A stretch of 64,000 nucleotides of DNA from NCBI RefSeq assembly GCF_020745735.1, contig NC_083421.1, forward strand, positions 51,823,001-51,887,000. Reading direction: 5' to 3'. Every line of letters starts with the position of its first letter. Positions within the stretch are counted from its first letter, which is position 1. Of this stretch, positions 24,028 through 36,745 are shown in pieces. The notes below the pieces were generated by a model. The model did not search any database, was not told the DNA's origin, and saw only the letters and a program-made list of their open reading frames with translations. The DNA is from Hemiscyllium ocellatum (Eukaryota). Made by a program: the position numbers and the translations under genes.

Positions 24028-24252
24028 GACCAAGGATGTGCAGGCTAGGTGGACTGGCCATGGGAAATACCCCCTTAGTGCCCAGGGGATGTGCAGGCTA
24101 GGTGGATTGGCCATGGGAAATACCCCCATAGTGCCCAGGGATGTGCAGGCTAGGTGGACTGGCCATGGGAAATACAGAGTTATAGGGAGAGGGTAGGGGT
24201 CTGGGTCTGATGGGATGGTCTTTGGATGGTCTCTTTATGTACTGTAAGGATT
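24028..24252 (+). mobile_element. HE1-type SINE 3' part with triplicated ~53-bp unit
   Basis: ggatgtgcaggctaggtgga(c/t)tggccatgggaaatac at 24034, 24087 and 24139. Confidence 0.85.
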
Positions 24253-24344
24253 CCAAAACCACGAGAAAGACAAAATTCATTCATTGTTAAAGAAGAAAGC
24301 AGAAAATGTGGTTTGGATGTGTTTAGCTGGGAGTACAAAAATTC

Positions 24345-25160
24345 AAGGGAAGGGGGTAGGAGAGAGGGAGAGGCACAGGGACATTGGGGGAGGGGAGGGT
24401 GAGATAGTGATGGTGGGGGGGGAGGGGAGGGGATGATAGTAATGGGAGAGGTGGGGTGGGGAGATAATGGTGGTGGGAGGGGGAGCATGTGACAGGAGGT
24501 GGAGAGGAAGGTAGTGATGTTGGGGTGGAGAGAGGGCAATAGTGAGGGTGGGGTGGGGAGGGATGGGGAAGAGTGTGATGGTGGGGGGTGGGGGGGGGGG
24601 AAGGTAGTGATAATGGTGGGAGAGGGGCAGGTGGGATAGTGATGGCGAACTGGGATGGGGAAGAGCACTGCAGTAGGTTTGAGGGAGGGAGAAGAGAGCA
24701 ACAGTGGGTTTGGGGGGGCTGTGGGGAGAGTGACTGTGGGTTTGGGAGGGTGGGGAGAGAGAGTGACTGGGTTTGGGAGGTGGGGGGGAAGAGAGCGACG
24801 GTGGGTTTGGGATGGAGGGAGAAGAGAGCGGCGGTGGGTTTGGTGGGGGGGGGGGGAGAAGACAGCGACGGTGGGTTGGGTGAAAGAGAGAGCGACTGTC
24901 GGTTTGGGAGGGAGAGAGAGCGACGGTGGGGTGGGGGTAAGGGGGAGGGAGAGCGCGACGGTGGGGTTGGGGGGGGGGAAGAGAGAGAGAAAGAGACGGT
25001 GGGGTTGGGGGAAGGGAGAGAGCGACAGTGGGCTGGGGGAGGGGGGGGGGAAGAGAGCGACAGTGGGCTGGGGGAGGGGGGGAATGATGGTAGAGACAGT
25101 GATGGCGAGAGGGAGATAGTAAAGTGGGGAGGGGAGATAATGATCATGGGGACAGTCAAT
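24345..25160. repeat. G-rich low-complexity / degenerate minisatellite
   Basis: Many G3+ runs; recurring gagagcgac(g/a)gtggg(t/c)t unit. Confidence 0.9.
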
Positions 25161-26079
25161 GAACAATAAACTTCAAGATGAAGTTGCATCCTCCTTGGGA
25201 AAGGATGGGGTCGGGTTGGTACAGATACAGAATGACTAAAGAAGTGACAATGGTGACCAGGGCCTCAGGATATAAAACCTAACACTGACTTCATTGCCAG
25301 TGGATAGAACCGAAATGTAGAGATGTGGTGTTAAACATCAAAAAGACCGTACAGAGTATCAGGAATGGCTTTGGCCTTCATTTTATCCTAAAAGCGTATG
25401 GAGACATTGAAACGGTACAGAATGACACACTAAAGAATTGACAGGGTATACACGACACAAGATAGAACAGCCTGCCACGTCTTTATTCTAAAGGGAAGGA
25501 TGGAGGGCTGCAGGTTTCTCCAGGAGTTGGATATGGCTGGACTGATTGAGTATTCAACCCTGAGACTGGAGTCACATGTTGTGGGCAATGGTGATCCCTA
25601 TTCCTCCTATAGTCCAATTCTCCGGGGCCTACCTCAAATCACTGGGCAAGGCCTGGCCATGGTGACTTCAGGAGTTATACCAGATCCAGAGACTGGAACA
25701 GAGCGGGTACCCACAACGCAGGATGATCCCATCGCATACCCACAGGGGAAGTTGGCACATACCACGCAGCAGAGCTGCCAGCAGTATAAGCACAGACGAT
25801 GCCCAGCGTGGCAGACACAGTGAGGTGCTAGGAGAGGCAGATGGGATGGGAGCCTCCTCCTCCTCCCTCCTACCCGTGGAGAGGCTGCTGAATGGGGTGG
25901 CAGCGAAGGGAGGGGATGAATGGAAAACAGACACAGCCCCAGCACTAGCCCATATGCCTCTGGACTTGCTGAGTGGCACAGTGAAGGGCGAGGGCGTGGT
26001 GATGCAGCAATAGCAAGGAGGCACAACTGAGGACAGGTCATTCATATGCCTGACACCAAAGAGGCTTTTGTTAACACAA

Positions 26080-26410
26080 GGGTCTCTGGCTGGGTCCAGC
26101 ATTTATTGCCCATTTCTAGCTGCTTCTAGCTTCTTGAGAAGGTGGTGGCAAGCTGCCTTCTTGAACCATTGCAGTCCACCTACCGTAGGGTTGACCAGCA
26201 ATGCCCTTAGGGAGGGAATTCCAGGAGTTTGACCCAGTGACAGTGAAGAAACGGCAATATATTTCCAAGTCAGGATGGTGAGTGGCTGGGAGGGGAACTT
26301 GCAGGAGGTGGTGGCCCCATGTACCTGCTGTCCATGTCCTTCTGGACAGAAGTGGCCATGAGTTTGCAAGGTGCTCTCTAAGGAGCTTTGGCGAATTTCT
26401 GCACTGAATT
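26080..26410 (-). mobile_element. 3' end of second CR1/L2-group LINE family
   Basis: cagcatttattgccc...gagaaggtggtgg...cttgaaccattgcagtcc; related pieces at ~14960-15180, 51545-51770 and 62320-62480. Confidence 0.7.
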
Positions 26411-27159
26411 TGATATGATCTTAGCTGTGGCTCAGTTAGTAGAAACATAGTTGCAGCTTCACATCCCACTAATAAATCAGTTATCAGTCCAGCAGATGGA
26501 CAGTGTGCTGTCCTAGCTCAATATTGCACCACCTGAAGCAAATGCTCTACTCAGATGCACAGGTGACTCAAGAGGATAGTGGAAGCACTTTGTGGAGGTT
26601 TCTTGCTCCTGTTGAGTCCCTGGCCTGTCATCGACCACAATGCAGTTGGTTCATTTGAGAAGCCACCAAATACAATGAAAAGCTTCATAAGGATCATCTT
26701 AACATTGAAACCCTGGAGAAACTATGCAGCCCTCTAAGAGACATTTAGAGGAAAGCTTGATAAATGTGTGAGAGAAGTATGCTGTCTGTCTGCATTCAGT
26801 AACTGCAATGGTAAAAAGATAACACTAGATTAAGATGTATCAAAGATACAAGAAAGTGCAGGAAATACACTTGCCAACCCATTCCCCCATTACATCAAAT
26901 GCCTCAGGCGCTGAAAGTTCTGACACATCAAAACCAAACGCTGCAACATTTCCTCCATTTATAGGGTTTAAAAATTCCTTGTTCTCAATTCTGGAATTAA
27001 AATGCTCCTCACATGATTGGCAGACACATTTTTCTCTTGGTTACCAAAATAAAAACAAACCTCTCATTTCTATCATGTTATTCACCACCATAATATCTCT
27101 TAGTGCTGTCAGTTACATACTGGTAAAGCTCAGGCACAGTTTTACTGGAGACAACACAG

Positions 27160-27470
27160 CACCCATTTATGCAAAGCAGACTCCCACAGTCAGCAGTGTG
27201 TTAACCTGCATTGCAATGTTGACTGATGTATAATTATTGTCCAAGACTCTGGGGTAACTTCCCTCAGCTACAAAACAGTGCCATAGGATGGTTTACACCC
27301 ACTTGAGTAGATTGAGGGGACAGGGGGTTCTGGGTTTAATGGCAACTCCAACAGTGTTGTATTCCATCCATACTGCTTGGAGGGTCACGGTAGTTTTGTG
27401 CACACACACCTCTGGACTGGAACTTGAACTTACAGCCTTTGTACTTTGACATGAAATGCTCCTGTAGGAG
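27160..27470 (-). mobile_element. Decayed Deu-domain (SacSINE1/AmnSINE1-like) SINE
   Basis: acagtgccataggat...acccacttgag...gggtttaa...ggcaactccaacagtg...gaacttgaac resembles the reverse Deu core; recognised from memory. Confidence 0.45.
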
Positions 27471-29089
27471 CTATGGTTCATACACATTCCAGATTCAGAG
27501 TGTGTGAAATCTCCTTGGCAGTCGTGCTGTGGCTCACTTCCCCACATCCTTCTCCCACCACTTTCAGCATCCAAAACATTTTTGGAATTAAAAATAATTG
27601 AGATTTTCTAAAAATCCTTTAGGGGATGTGGCTAGACCGGTGTTTACTATCCCTCCCCAGTTCTCCGGGGGCAGTACAGAGTCTATCACATTACTGTTGT
27701 TCTGGAATCACACAGACCAGGTGAGGATGGCAGTTTCCTGCCCTCAAGGAGATGAGTGAATCAGATGAGTTTTAAAACGATCAGTTGACAATGGTTACCT
27801 TCCACTGTTCAGCCAGATGTTTACTGAATTTAAATGTCACTGCCTGCTCCAGCAGGATTTGAACCTGTGAACTCACTACCATTAGTTCTGGATCCAGTGA
27901 TTTCATTACTCCGGTTTGAGACATGACATATGCCGAGTGAAGCAATGGAGGAGCTACAGGTGCCTCAAGACCATTTGTTCTCCAAGTTGAGGTTTGCTCA
28001 TGTGGTATCTGGGTCAGCTGCAGATTCACATCGAGACGGATCGACGGCTGTGATTGGGCAACCACTCATTACCGGGTGGTGCAGCAGCATGTGATTTCAC
28101 TGGATCTTTGTCTTTTCTCATCTAGTACTTTCGGTGTTTTATTTAGACTGCAAGTTGGTGTTTGTGGCTATCTATTTATATCCTGCAAGATACTAGAGCA
28201 AGTACAGACATCTTCACATGCCTCCCGAATTCAGAGACAGCTTATTAACGAGGTTTGATTTGCTGTCTTTACATCAAAGCCCCAATTAATTGCACTTCAT
28301 GAATCTATCAAATGTATAAGTGGAAACCAGAAACTCAAATTTTTCATGTCTGTGATATCAAACCTGGAAAAGATTACAAGTGAAGGGTTCAACACAATAG
28401 TTTTTGTTATTTGTAGTATACACAAACATAAGTACCAGGAGCAGGAGTCGTCCACTTGGCCCATTCAATGTGATCATGGCTGATCATCCAACTCAGTCCC
28501 CTGTTCCCGCCTTCTCCCCATTCTCTTCAATTCCTTTAGTTTCAAGAGTTTCTAGGAGCTACCCTCCTCAGTCTTCTAAACCCCAGGTTATAATCAAATG
28601 ATTTACACTTGAACGTAGGGGGATGAGAGTAAGAAGTTTACATACAATGCCATGTGGTTGATAAGGTGGAAGGAAGTTATAGACTTGGCTGGGTGATGCA
28701 CTGGATTGGTGGACAGAAAAAATAGCAAATTGAAATCAATCTGGAGAAGTGGTTTTCCATAATTTGTTCCTGGGTTATGGACAACATTTACTGCTCATCC
28801 CTAATTGCCCAGAGGGCAGTTAAGAGTTAGCCACAGTGCTGTGGGTCTGAAGTCACCCGTAAGCCAGACCAAGTGATGACAGAGGATTTCCTTCCCTAAA
28901 GGATTGCTAGTGAACTCGGTGGTTATTTAAGGGCAATCAGCATTGGTCACATGTTTTCGTTGGACCAGCTTTCCAGATATGCCGCGGTGAGATTTGAATC
29001 CCAATCCCCATTAGGCTGGGGTTCTGGATAGCTAGGCCAGTGACACTCCCACTTTGTCACTGCCCACACCCCTCCAGCCACCTTGTGAA

Positions 29090-29812
29090 ACAGTGTGTCT
29101 GGGCGTCAAAGGTAAGGTAAGGGAACGCACAATAAATAACAGGATTGAGAATGGAAGTGGAATAGAGGGAGCTTGATGTACATGTTTACAGATCCACGAG
29201 GGGGAACAGGTCAAAGCAACTATGGGATACACCCCTTTATAAGCCAGGGCCTACAGTATACAGCCTGCAGGCTATGCCGATATGTACAAGACACTAGTTC
29301 GACCACCCCAGTTACAGTATTATGCCCAGTCCTCATCAGTGCATGACAGGAAGGAAACCATCACAGAGCGAGTACAAGACATTGATGAAGATGTTGCCAG
29401 AAGAGGAGAATTCAACTGAAGGAGGAAAGAATGGAAAGGCTGGGGTTCTTTCCTTCGGCAATAAAAGCAGAGGGGAGATTTACATCAGGTTATAACTTGA
29501 TGAGGGGCATAAAAGGGTGGACAGACTGAACCAATATCCACTGGCAAAGTGTCAATAACCACAGAGCAGAGATTTAAAGGTGTATTGGGGAATTGAGGAA
29601 GAATTGTTTTTCCACGCAGAGGGAGGGAGGATGAGGGAATCACTCCTTGAAAAGGGCAGTTAATGCAGTAACCCCACTGCATTTACTGTCCCCTAGGATG
29701 TGCCTGTTATGTGCCGTGATCTACAAGACTAAGAGTTGGATACTTGCGTTAGGTACAACAGGCTTGTTTTCACCAAGGACACCATCATGGGACAAATGGG
29801 TGCTTTCTGTAT
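29090..29812 (+). mobile_element. Old CR1-type LINE fragment
   Basis: Decayed caagacactagttcgacc...cagtattatgcccagt...gatgttgccag motifs. Confidence 0.65.
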
Positions 29813-29815
29813 TTT

Positions 29816-30110
29816 AGATTAGGTTAGATTCCCTACAGTGCGGAAACAGGCCCTTCGGCCCAACAAGTCCACAGAGACCCTCCGAAGAGTAACCCACCCA
29901 GGCCCATTTTCATCTGACTAATGCATCTAACACTACGGGCAATTTAGCAAGGCCAATTCACCTGACCTACAAATCTTTGGACTGTGGGAGGAAACCGGAG
30001 CACCTGGAGGAAACCAGACACGGGGAGAATGTCTATGTGGAGTTTGCACAGTTGCCAGAGGCTGGAATTGAACCCAGGTCCCTGGCGCTGAGAGGCAGCA
30101 GTGCTAACCA
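29816..30110 (-). mobile_element. HE1-type SINE
   Basis: Similarity to other copies. Confidence 0.9.
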
Positions 30111-30985
30111 CTTATTGTAATCTTTTTCCATCAAACCGATATTTAATTATTTACCATCGCTTTTTCTACTCTGCAAGTAATCTATTGTGAAATAACTCCT
30201 TTGGGCAAATATTTTATCATGCAAATGTTTAGAATTTTGAGACTGGATCCTCGTTAAGGTCCACTTTGGTGATGAGCTACTGTAGAGGGTTTAGTTCTGC
30301 TAAGCCAGCACAACCTTTTGTGCAAAACATTGACAGTTCCAGGATCTATTAGCCCTGAACAAAGTTACACCAGTGACTGACTAAGATCTCACCCAACTCC
30401 ACAGGCAGCAAGAGAAGGCAAGCATTTCAACAAATCAAAACATCAGCATTGACTCCACACCACCTAATGATTTGGGACAACAACAGACCAGCTAATATAG
30501 ACTGAAGATAGCCCAAGTCAATACAGATATATGATAGTCCTATCAAGTAACCTTGGTGTTAAAGCATCAGCCGTCAAAATAGATTTGCTGATCGCACGCA
30601 GACAACTGGATATCCAAATAGAGTATGTGTTATGCAGCAGCATTTATAGCAAGAGAAAGGTTTACTGCAACAATCTGGGATGCAACTAATCACATCTCAG
30701 CATTTAGGTGGAAAGGCTGTGTCAGTTCCGGTTCTACCCTTGCTGTTGAGTGTCAGCGCCCACGTACAATCCAACTTTTACTTCACTTATTTATATTAGT
30801 GGGAGAAATAAGATGGGTAATTGGTTTCGAAGCTACGCTAGTTTGGAAAGGGTGTTCGATGAAAGTGGACGTGACCTCACCAAATGAAGAGGGCTCATTT
30901 AAAACAAAAAGGAGCCAAGTTAAAAATAAAATAAAAAGCCGCAGTATTTTGCCACTTTGGTCCATTTGCTCTGGTTCTCACTGAC

Positions 30986-31120
30986 CTTGGCTCTGGCCTC
31001 CCTCGATGCTTCAGCCTCAGCTGCCATGGCTCTCTGCAGTTGGACTGGCAGCTTCACATCTTTGATCTCCACACGCTCAACCTTAATGCCCCATTCATCC
31101 GTTGCAACATCAAGCGTCGT
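30986..31120 (-). CDS. STOM: Stomatin exon 6: TTLDVATDEWGIKVERVEIKDVKLPVQLQRAMAAEAEASREARAK
   Basis: Translated by hand (not in the ORF track). ttttctcag|ACG ... AAG|gtcagt; 135 nt; phase 0/0; SPFH end and coiled-coil signature. Confidence 0.97.
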
Positions 31121-31919
31121 CTGAGAAAATTAGTGACAAGGGAAAGTGAGTATCTCCTGATACGTAAGGACCAAACCTTCACCCTCCCCATTGCTCCCCT
31201 TCAAAAAAAGATACAGGTTTCCAAAAATATCACCATGTTCTTCCTGATTAGGCACATCAAGGGAGAAGAAAAAAGTGTAATAAAATAAATCAACACGAGT
31301 GACTCCTCTTGAAGTATAAATTACACATGAAGGAAATGTGCGAAAGAATCACCCATGCAATGACTGGAAACACATTTGATATGATGGGGATACACAGCAG
31401 GAAAAAGCAAGATCTCCTCATCTAAAGGTTACTATTGGAAGTGTAGTTCCTTTACCTAAACACAGGCCAAAGAACCCAGAGCATTGGTCAGTCTTCCCCA
31501 GTGCCAAATGCTGGCTGTATTATTTACAAGTTTTGAAGGAAAAAAAACAACAGACGTGAATGAAAGACAACAAAAATAAAGGGAGGATAAATGCAGCTGC
31601 GAATAAAAGAAAAGTGATGAGGCAATGGAAAATACACCAGCTTCTTTGGAGAATGCAACTGATCGATCACAAAGATTCTGAAGGCTGCTTGCACAATACA
31701 AATGGCAGGCCCAACCTCAAAATACTCTAGTCATAACCAATAAATTCCTACAAGGTCAATGATCAGGGTCAAACTATATGACAAAACTTCTGAATAAAAG
31801 TTTTCCATTGCAGGAAATACCGATGTAGCTGCCAGCTAGAAGGTGACATCACATGGTTGTATTCTTCCAGGAGCAGTGTTTCAGCTTTACAGCAAATTTG
31901 TTAATGGCATGGATGAAGA

Positions 31920-33172
31920 ATGAGGGGTGGGGGAGAGAGAGAACGAGTACAAGAGAGAGAGAACGAGCGCAAAAGCGTGCGAGAACGAGAACGGGTGAGA
32001 ATGAACACGAGAGAGAGAGAGCAAACATGAAAGAGTGAGCGCGCGAACACGAGAGCGCGAACACGAGAGTGAGCGAGCGAGCACTAGAGAGAGCGAGCGT
32101 GAACACAAGAGCGAGCGAGCACGAGACAGAGAGAGCAAACATGAGAGAGAGAGCGCGCGAGCACGATAGAGAGAGCGGACACGAGAGAGAGAAAGCGAAC
32201 ACGAGAAAACGAGCACGATCGCGAAAACGAGGGAGTGCGAGAAAACGAGCGCGAGCGCACGAGCGCGAGCGCGAGATAGAGAGAGCGCAAGAACAAACGA
32301 GAGAGCGTGAGATCGAACGTGAGTGCGAACGAGAGAGAGCGCGCGAATGAGAGAGAGAGAGAACGAACGAGCGCGCGAACGAGAGAGAGAGAACGAGCGC
32401 GTGAACGAGAGCGACAGCGGGAGAGAGAGCGAGAAAACGAGAGCGAGAGAGAACGACAATGTGAACACGAGAGAGAGTGAACGAGCGCGAGAGCGTGAAC
32501 GTGAACAAGAGAGAGAGAAAACGCAAGAGAGAGAGAGAGAGACAGAGAGAGAGAGAGAGAAAACAAGCGTGAACGACAACATGAACACGAGAAAGAGAAC
32601 GCAGGAGAGGGGGTGAGGGGGGGAGAGAGAGAGAACACGAGAGGAGGAGAGCGTGAGAACGAGAGCGAGAGGGGGAGCACACGAGAGGGGGAGCACACGA
32701 GAGCGCAAGAATGAGCGCAAGAACGAGAGCGAGAGAGAACGAGAGCGAGAGAGAACGAGAGCGTGAACGCGAACGAGAGAGAGAGAAAACGAGAGAGAGC
32801 GAGAGAGAGAACGAGCGTGAACGACAACATGAACACGAGAGGGGGAGAACACGAGAGCGCAAGAACGAGCGCGAGAACGAGCGCGAGAACGTGAACGAGA
32901 GAGAGAGAAAATGAGAGAGAGCGAGAGAGAGAACGAGCGTGAACGACAACATGAACACAAGAGGGGGCGCACGAGAGGGGGAGAGAGAGAACATGAGAGG
33001 TGGAGATAGAGAACACGAGAGCACGCGAGAGCGCGAGATGGGGATAGCGCATGAACGAGAGCGAGAGAACGAGAGCGTGAACGTGAACGAGACAGAGAGA
33101 GAAAACGAGAGAACGACAATGTGAACACGAGAGAGAGAGAGAGAGAACGCGAGAGAGAGAGAGAGAGAGAAC
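31920..33172. repeat. 1.25-kb CpG-rich complex (GA)n-derived repeat in STOM intron 5
   Basis: Almost T-free plus strand of gaga/gagc/gaac units with recurring gcgtgaacgacaacatgaacac. Confidence 0.95.
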
Positions 33173-34607
33173 GCTGGCCTTAACGTTGTTGGAACTTGAA
33201 ACCAAGGAAACTAAGGAAGTGATGCTCCAATTGCACAGACCTCTTGGGAAGCACTATATTATTTTGACATTCATAGGATGAGAGGGCATCACTAGCTCGG
33301 CCTGTATTTAAATCCCACCCCAGAGGGCAGTTAAGAGCCAGCCACATTTGCTTGGGTCTGGAGTCTCATGCTGGCCGGACCAGGTAAGGATATGAATGAA
33401 CCAGATAGGTTTTACCAACAATCCACAATGGCTTAACAAGGCAAGTGTATCAAGTGATCTGCAGCAGTATATAGAGCACGTTCAAGGGACTAAATGGATA
33501 CTTCATCCTTCTCCCTTAATCACTGCCACTATTTTATTGATCCATCTCCCTTATTGAAAATTCCAAATTGTAAACATTCAATGCTTCCCTAACATATAAC
33601 ACTGACCAGTCTTTCACAGTGTGGCGTATTACTGAAGTGGTCATATTTGGATAGATCTCTCCAAAGGCAGAAGCAAGTTCTAAATTCTAAACATTCTGTA
33701 AATTACATGCAGGTAATTTTTTTTATTTGTGGTGGTATTGGGGGTGGAATGGATTGTGAACTGAAGACTTGTGTGATGAGTTTAACTAGTGAAGTTTAAC
33801 TTTAAAACAAAGACTTGAAATGATGGGTCACAGCTGGAAACAAATACACATTGAATTATTTCCCAAACATCAAGCCAGCCTGTTCGATGTACAGATATGT
33901 ACAAGCATGAGCCAACCACTTGCATGATAAGTAATTACTTGTTTGGTACAACTGCATCTGCACTTTGGCATTACTCAGTACTTGGAACTGATAACTGCCT
34001 TCAAGCACAATTGAGGACAATGATTAACAGGAGAGACTCTCTGAAAGGGATTAAACTGACCAATTCTCTCTTCCCCCCCCCTCCCCCCCCCCCACCCCAC
34101 CCCTCACAACCCATACCCCAGTGCCTTTATCCAAAAGAAATGCACAGAAATGAAGCCAAATCTGCAAAAACGTATGGGAATAAGAAATAGGACAACACCT
34201 AAATGAGGTTAGATGGAGAAAGGGGCTTGAGTGGAGTAGAAATAAGGCCAATGAGGCCAAACAGAATGTATAGCATGGCACAGGCATGTACTCCACAACA
34301 CGTGTAACACAAAGAGCTGCTGAGGCCCACTTCCAGAGGGTGCACTAAAGCTTGGGATAGCCGCTGCAAAGGCTCAGTGGAAACAGGTCACCCAGCTTCT
34401 GCTACCGTACTACACTCCGATCTGGAAAGTGCAAACCCTCCAACGCTACAGGTTTGACACGAAAATAATATGTCACAGCCTGTAACTGTCAGTGTAGTGG
34501 GGAACCTCAGAGCACCACACACTGCACTGAAATAAAACGTGTTCAGGTTTTACGCTTTGCGGAAGGTGAAAGTTTGTGCAGCATTACAAATGTGATCTGG
34601 TGCACAC

Positions 34608-34811
34608 CTGCATGTTGTGGGCAATTTCCTCACGGTCAGACAGAATCTGAGCCAGATTTTTTGTTCCGAGCACATTCCTTAACGTGGTCTGCGCCAGGAG
34701 TCGGGTAGCGGAGTCTGCATTCGTGATGTTCGCAACCGCGAGGATGGCATTCTGAACACGGTAATACACAACCCCATCGACGCTGACCGTCACAGAATCC
34801 TTGGTGAGAAT
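34608..34811 (-). CDS. STOM: Stomatin exon 5: ILTKDSVTVSVDGVVYYRVQNAILAVANITNADSATRLLAQTTLRNVLGTKNLAQILSDREEIAHNMQ
   Basis: Core of ORF 34584..34826. cag|ATT ... CAG|gtgtgc; 204 nt; phase 0/0; nearly identical to vertebrate stomatin SPFH domain. Confidence 0.98.
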
Positions 34812-34939
34812 CTGGCCAAAAAACAAAATTTAAACAAAAAGGCACATTAATAAATGTACTGGAAAGGGTGCAGCATCTGACAGCTCAATCTGAAACACCA
34901 ATGTACCAGATGTAACACTGAACATTTCAAACATCATAC

Positions 34940-35022
34940 CTCTTGAGGTGGAATGTCAAAGGAAATGGTTCTCATGTCTACTTTAACAAAGGAGTCAGTG
35001 CAGGGCAAGATGAAAAACAGCC
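34940..35022 (-). CDS. STOM: Stomatin exon 4: (G)LFFILPCTDSFVKVDMRTISFDIPPQE
   Basis: Hand translation. catag|GG ... GAG|gtatga; 83 nt; phase 1/0. Confidence 0.97.
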
Positions 35023-36539
35023 CTATGGTAAAAAGGATAAGAAATCCATTAGAAGAGATATGGAAACTTTTCAATTAAACATAAAGCAATAAGTACCGTA
35101 GGCTTCACTGGCTAGCACAGAAGTCCTGAAATTGCTCAAAAGGTGAACATTGTCAAACAAGGGTGGGTGTTAAAAACATTTTATTCAGATTCACACTGAT
35201 TACAGTGACAACTCCTACATTTTTAAAGAAAAGTACACAACTTAATGTTTGCGTTTTTAGTTCTAAACTCTGCTGGCAGCTGAGTATGTTCCTAGTGCCA
35301 ACTGGTCTCAGCTATTTTTAAAAGCAGAAGTTTTCCCCTCCCCCCACAACACACACATACACAACAGCGTTATGAAACAGACTGGCTCCTACATGTCACT
35401 TAACAGTTTGACAAAATAGCCAGAGATAACAGGAGACTGCAGCTCAGAGACTGCAGTCCCAACGGACAAGGTGTCACAGAGAGGTCTCTCTCAGACATGG
35501 CCCTCAAACCATCATCAGTTTCGCAAAAGTTTGTTTAATTGATAACTTTTACAAATGCACAAATGTTTACCGTTCCCCTTGGAGCTGCGGAGATTGAGGA
35601 ACGATTTGATAGAAGCGTACAGCATTATGACAGGTTTAGATAAAAGAAACGCTAGACCTCCACACCAGCTGACTGCATAAGGAATGGAGAGCCCAGATTT
35701 ACAGAGTTACAGAAGAATGGGAAGATAATTTTATTCCAACATTTGGCCAGAAATAGGAGCATGCTCCTCAGTCCCTCAACTCTGCTCCACCTTTTGATAA
35801 GATCATACAATTTCTAAAGGAATTTGGAAATAACACTGCAGGGCTTCATGAAGGAATGGGTTTGCCAGCTTGCTTTGCGAGGTGCCAGAATGGACTCAGT
35901 GGGCTGAATGGCCTCCTGCTGTGTTGTACATTACTCTCCCTGGGAAATGTAAGTGCCACAGTGCACAAAGGGTCAGAATGCTGTTCCACAAAGAGACAGC
36001 TGATGCTAGATCAATTTTAAATTTTAAATCAGATGACTGTCAGATTTCTGTTCACTAAAATGATTAAAGATAAGGAGCAAAGGCAGACAGATGAAGTCAG
36101 GCCAAAGGTCAGACAGGATTTCACTGAATAGTCCACTTGCCCCAGAGCCATGAGGTTATTACTGAATCCCCTTTTGCCCACCTTCCTTCCAGGTATTACA
36201 CAGCTCTCTAAAATCAGCTATTCACCCTATTCTCTCTCTCCTGGCCCTTCTCCAAAACAACATGTCCAAAACTCCAAAACAGTTTGCAACTGGTCGTGAT
36301 CTTAAGAGACATCTTATTCCATTTATCTATCTTTAGATACTTCAAATGTGTCTCATGTTTGAAAAGCAATGTGCCTGGAGGCGAATACTTGGCCTGATAT
36401 ATACAGCATGTTCCTTCTTGCTCACTTTCAAGTGCACATCCTTTATTTACATAAACCTCGGGGTCCCCTAGGCAGTGCTTTTACTTAGATAACAGATACG
36501 TGTGAGAGAAATGATGCTCACGAGAGTGCACGCGTGACA

Positions 36540-36608
36540 GTGTGTATGTGAGTGTATGTGTGCACGCATGTGTGAATGCGAGAGCGTGCGTGGGAGAGGG
36601 GCGGAGAG

Positions 36609-36649
<41 letters not shown>

Positions 36650-36745
36650 GACAGAGAGAGACAGACAGCGAGAGACAGACAGATAGCGAGAGACAGACAG
36701 ATAGCGAGAGACAGACAGACAGAGACGGAGAGAGAGACAGAGATA
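36540..36745. repeat. Compound (GT)/(GA)/(GACA) microsatellite
   Basis: Directly visible; includes a repeated 18-bp unit gacagacagatagcgaga. Confidence 0.92.

Noticed and set aside
24028-24180. CRISPR-like repeat/spacer appearance
   Set aside because: Eukaryotic SINE-derived tandem units with near-identical spacers; no cas genes.
24180-25189. Pro-rich and Gly-rich ORFs of 154-328 aa
   Set aside because: Artefacts of the G-rich low-complexity tract.
25490-26060. GC-richer segment with overlapping ORFs in intron 6
   Set aside because: No recognisable protein or element boundaries; cannot be classified by eye.
31849-33205. Long ORFs of 373-413 aa (SR/SL-rich) and RE-rich plus-strand ORFs
   Set aside because: Open in several frames because the repeat lacks stop-forming bases; no domain; lies inside STOM intron 5.
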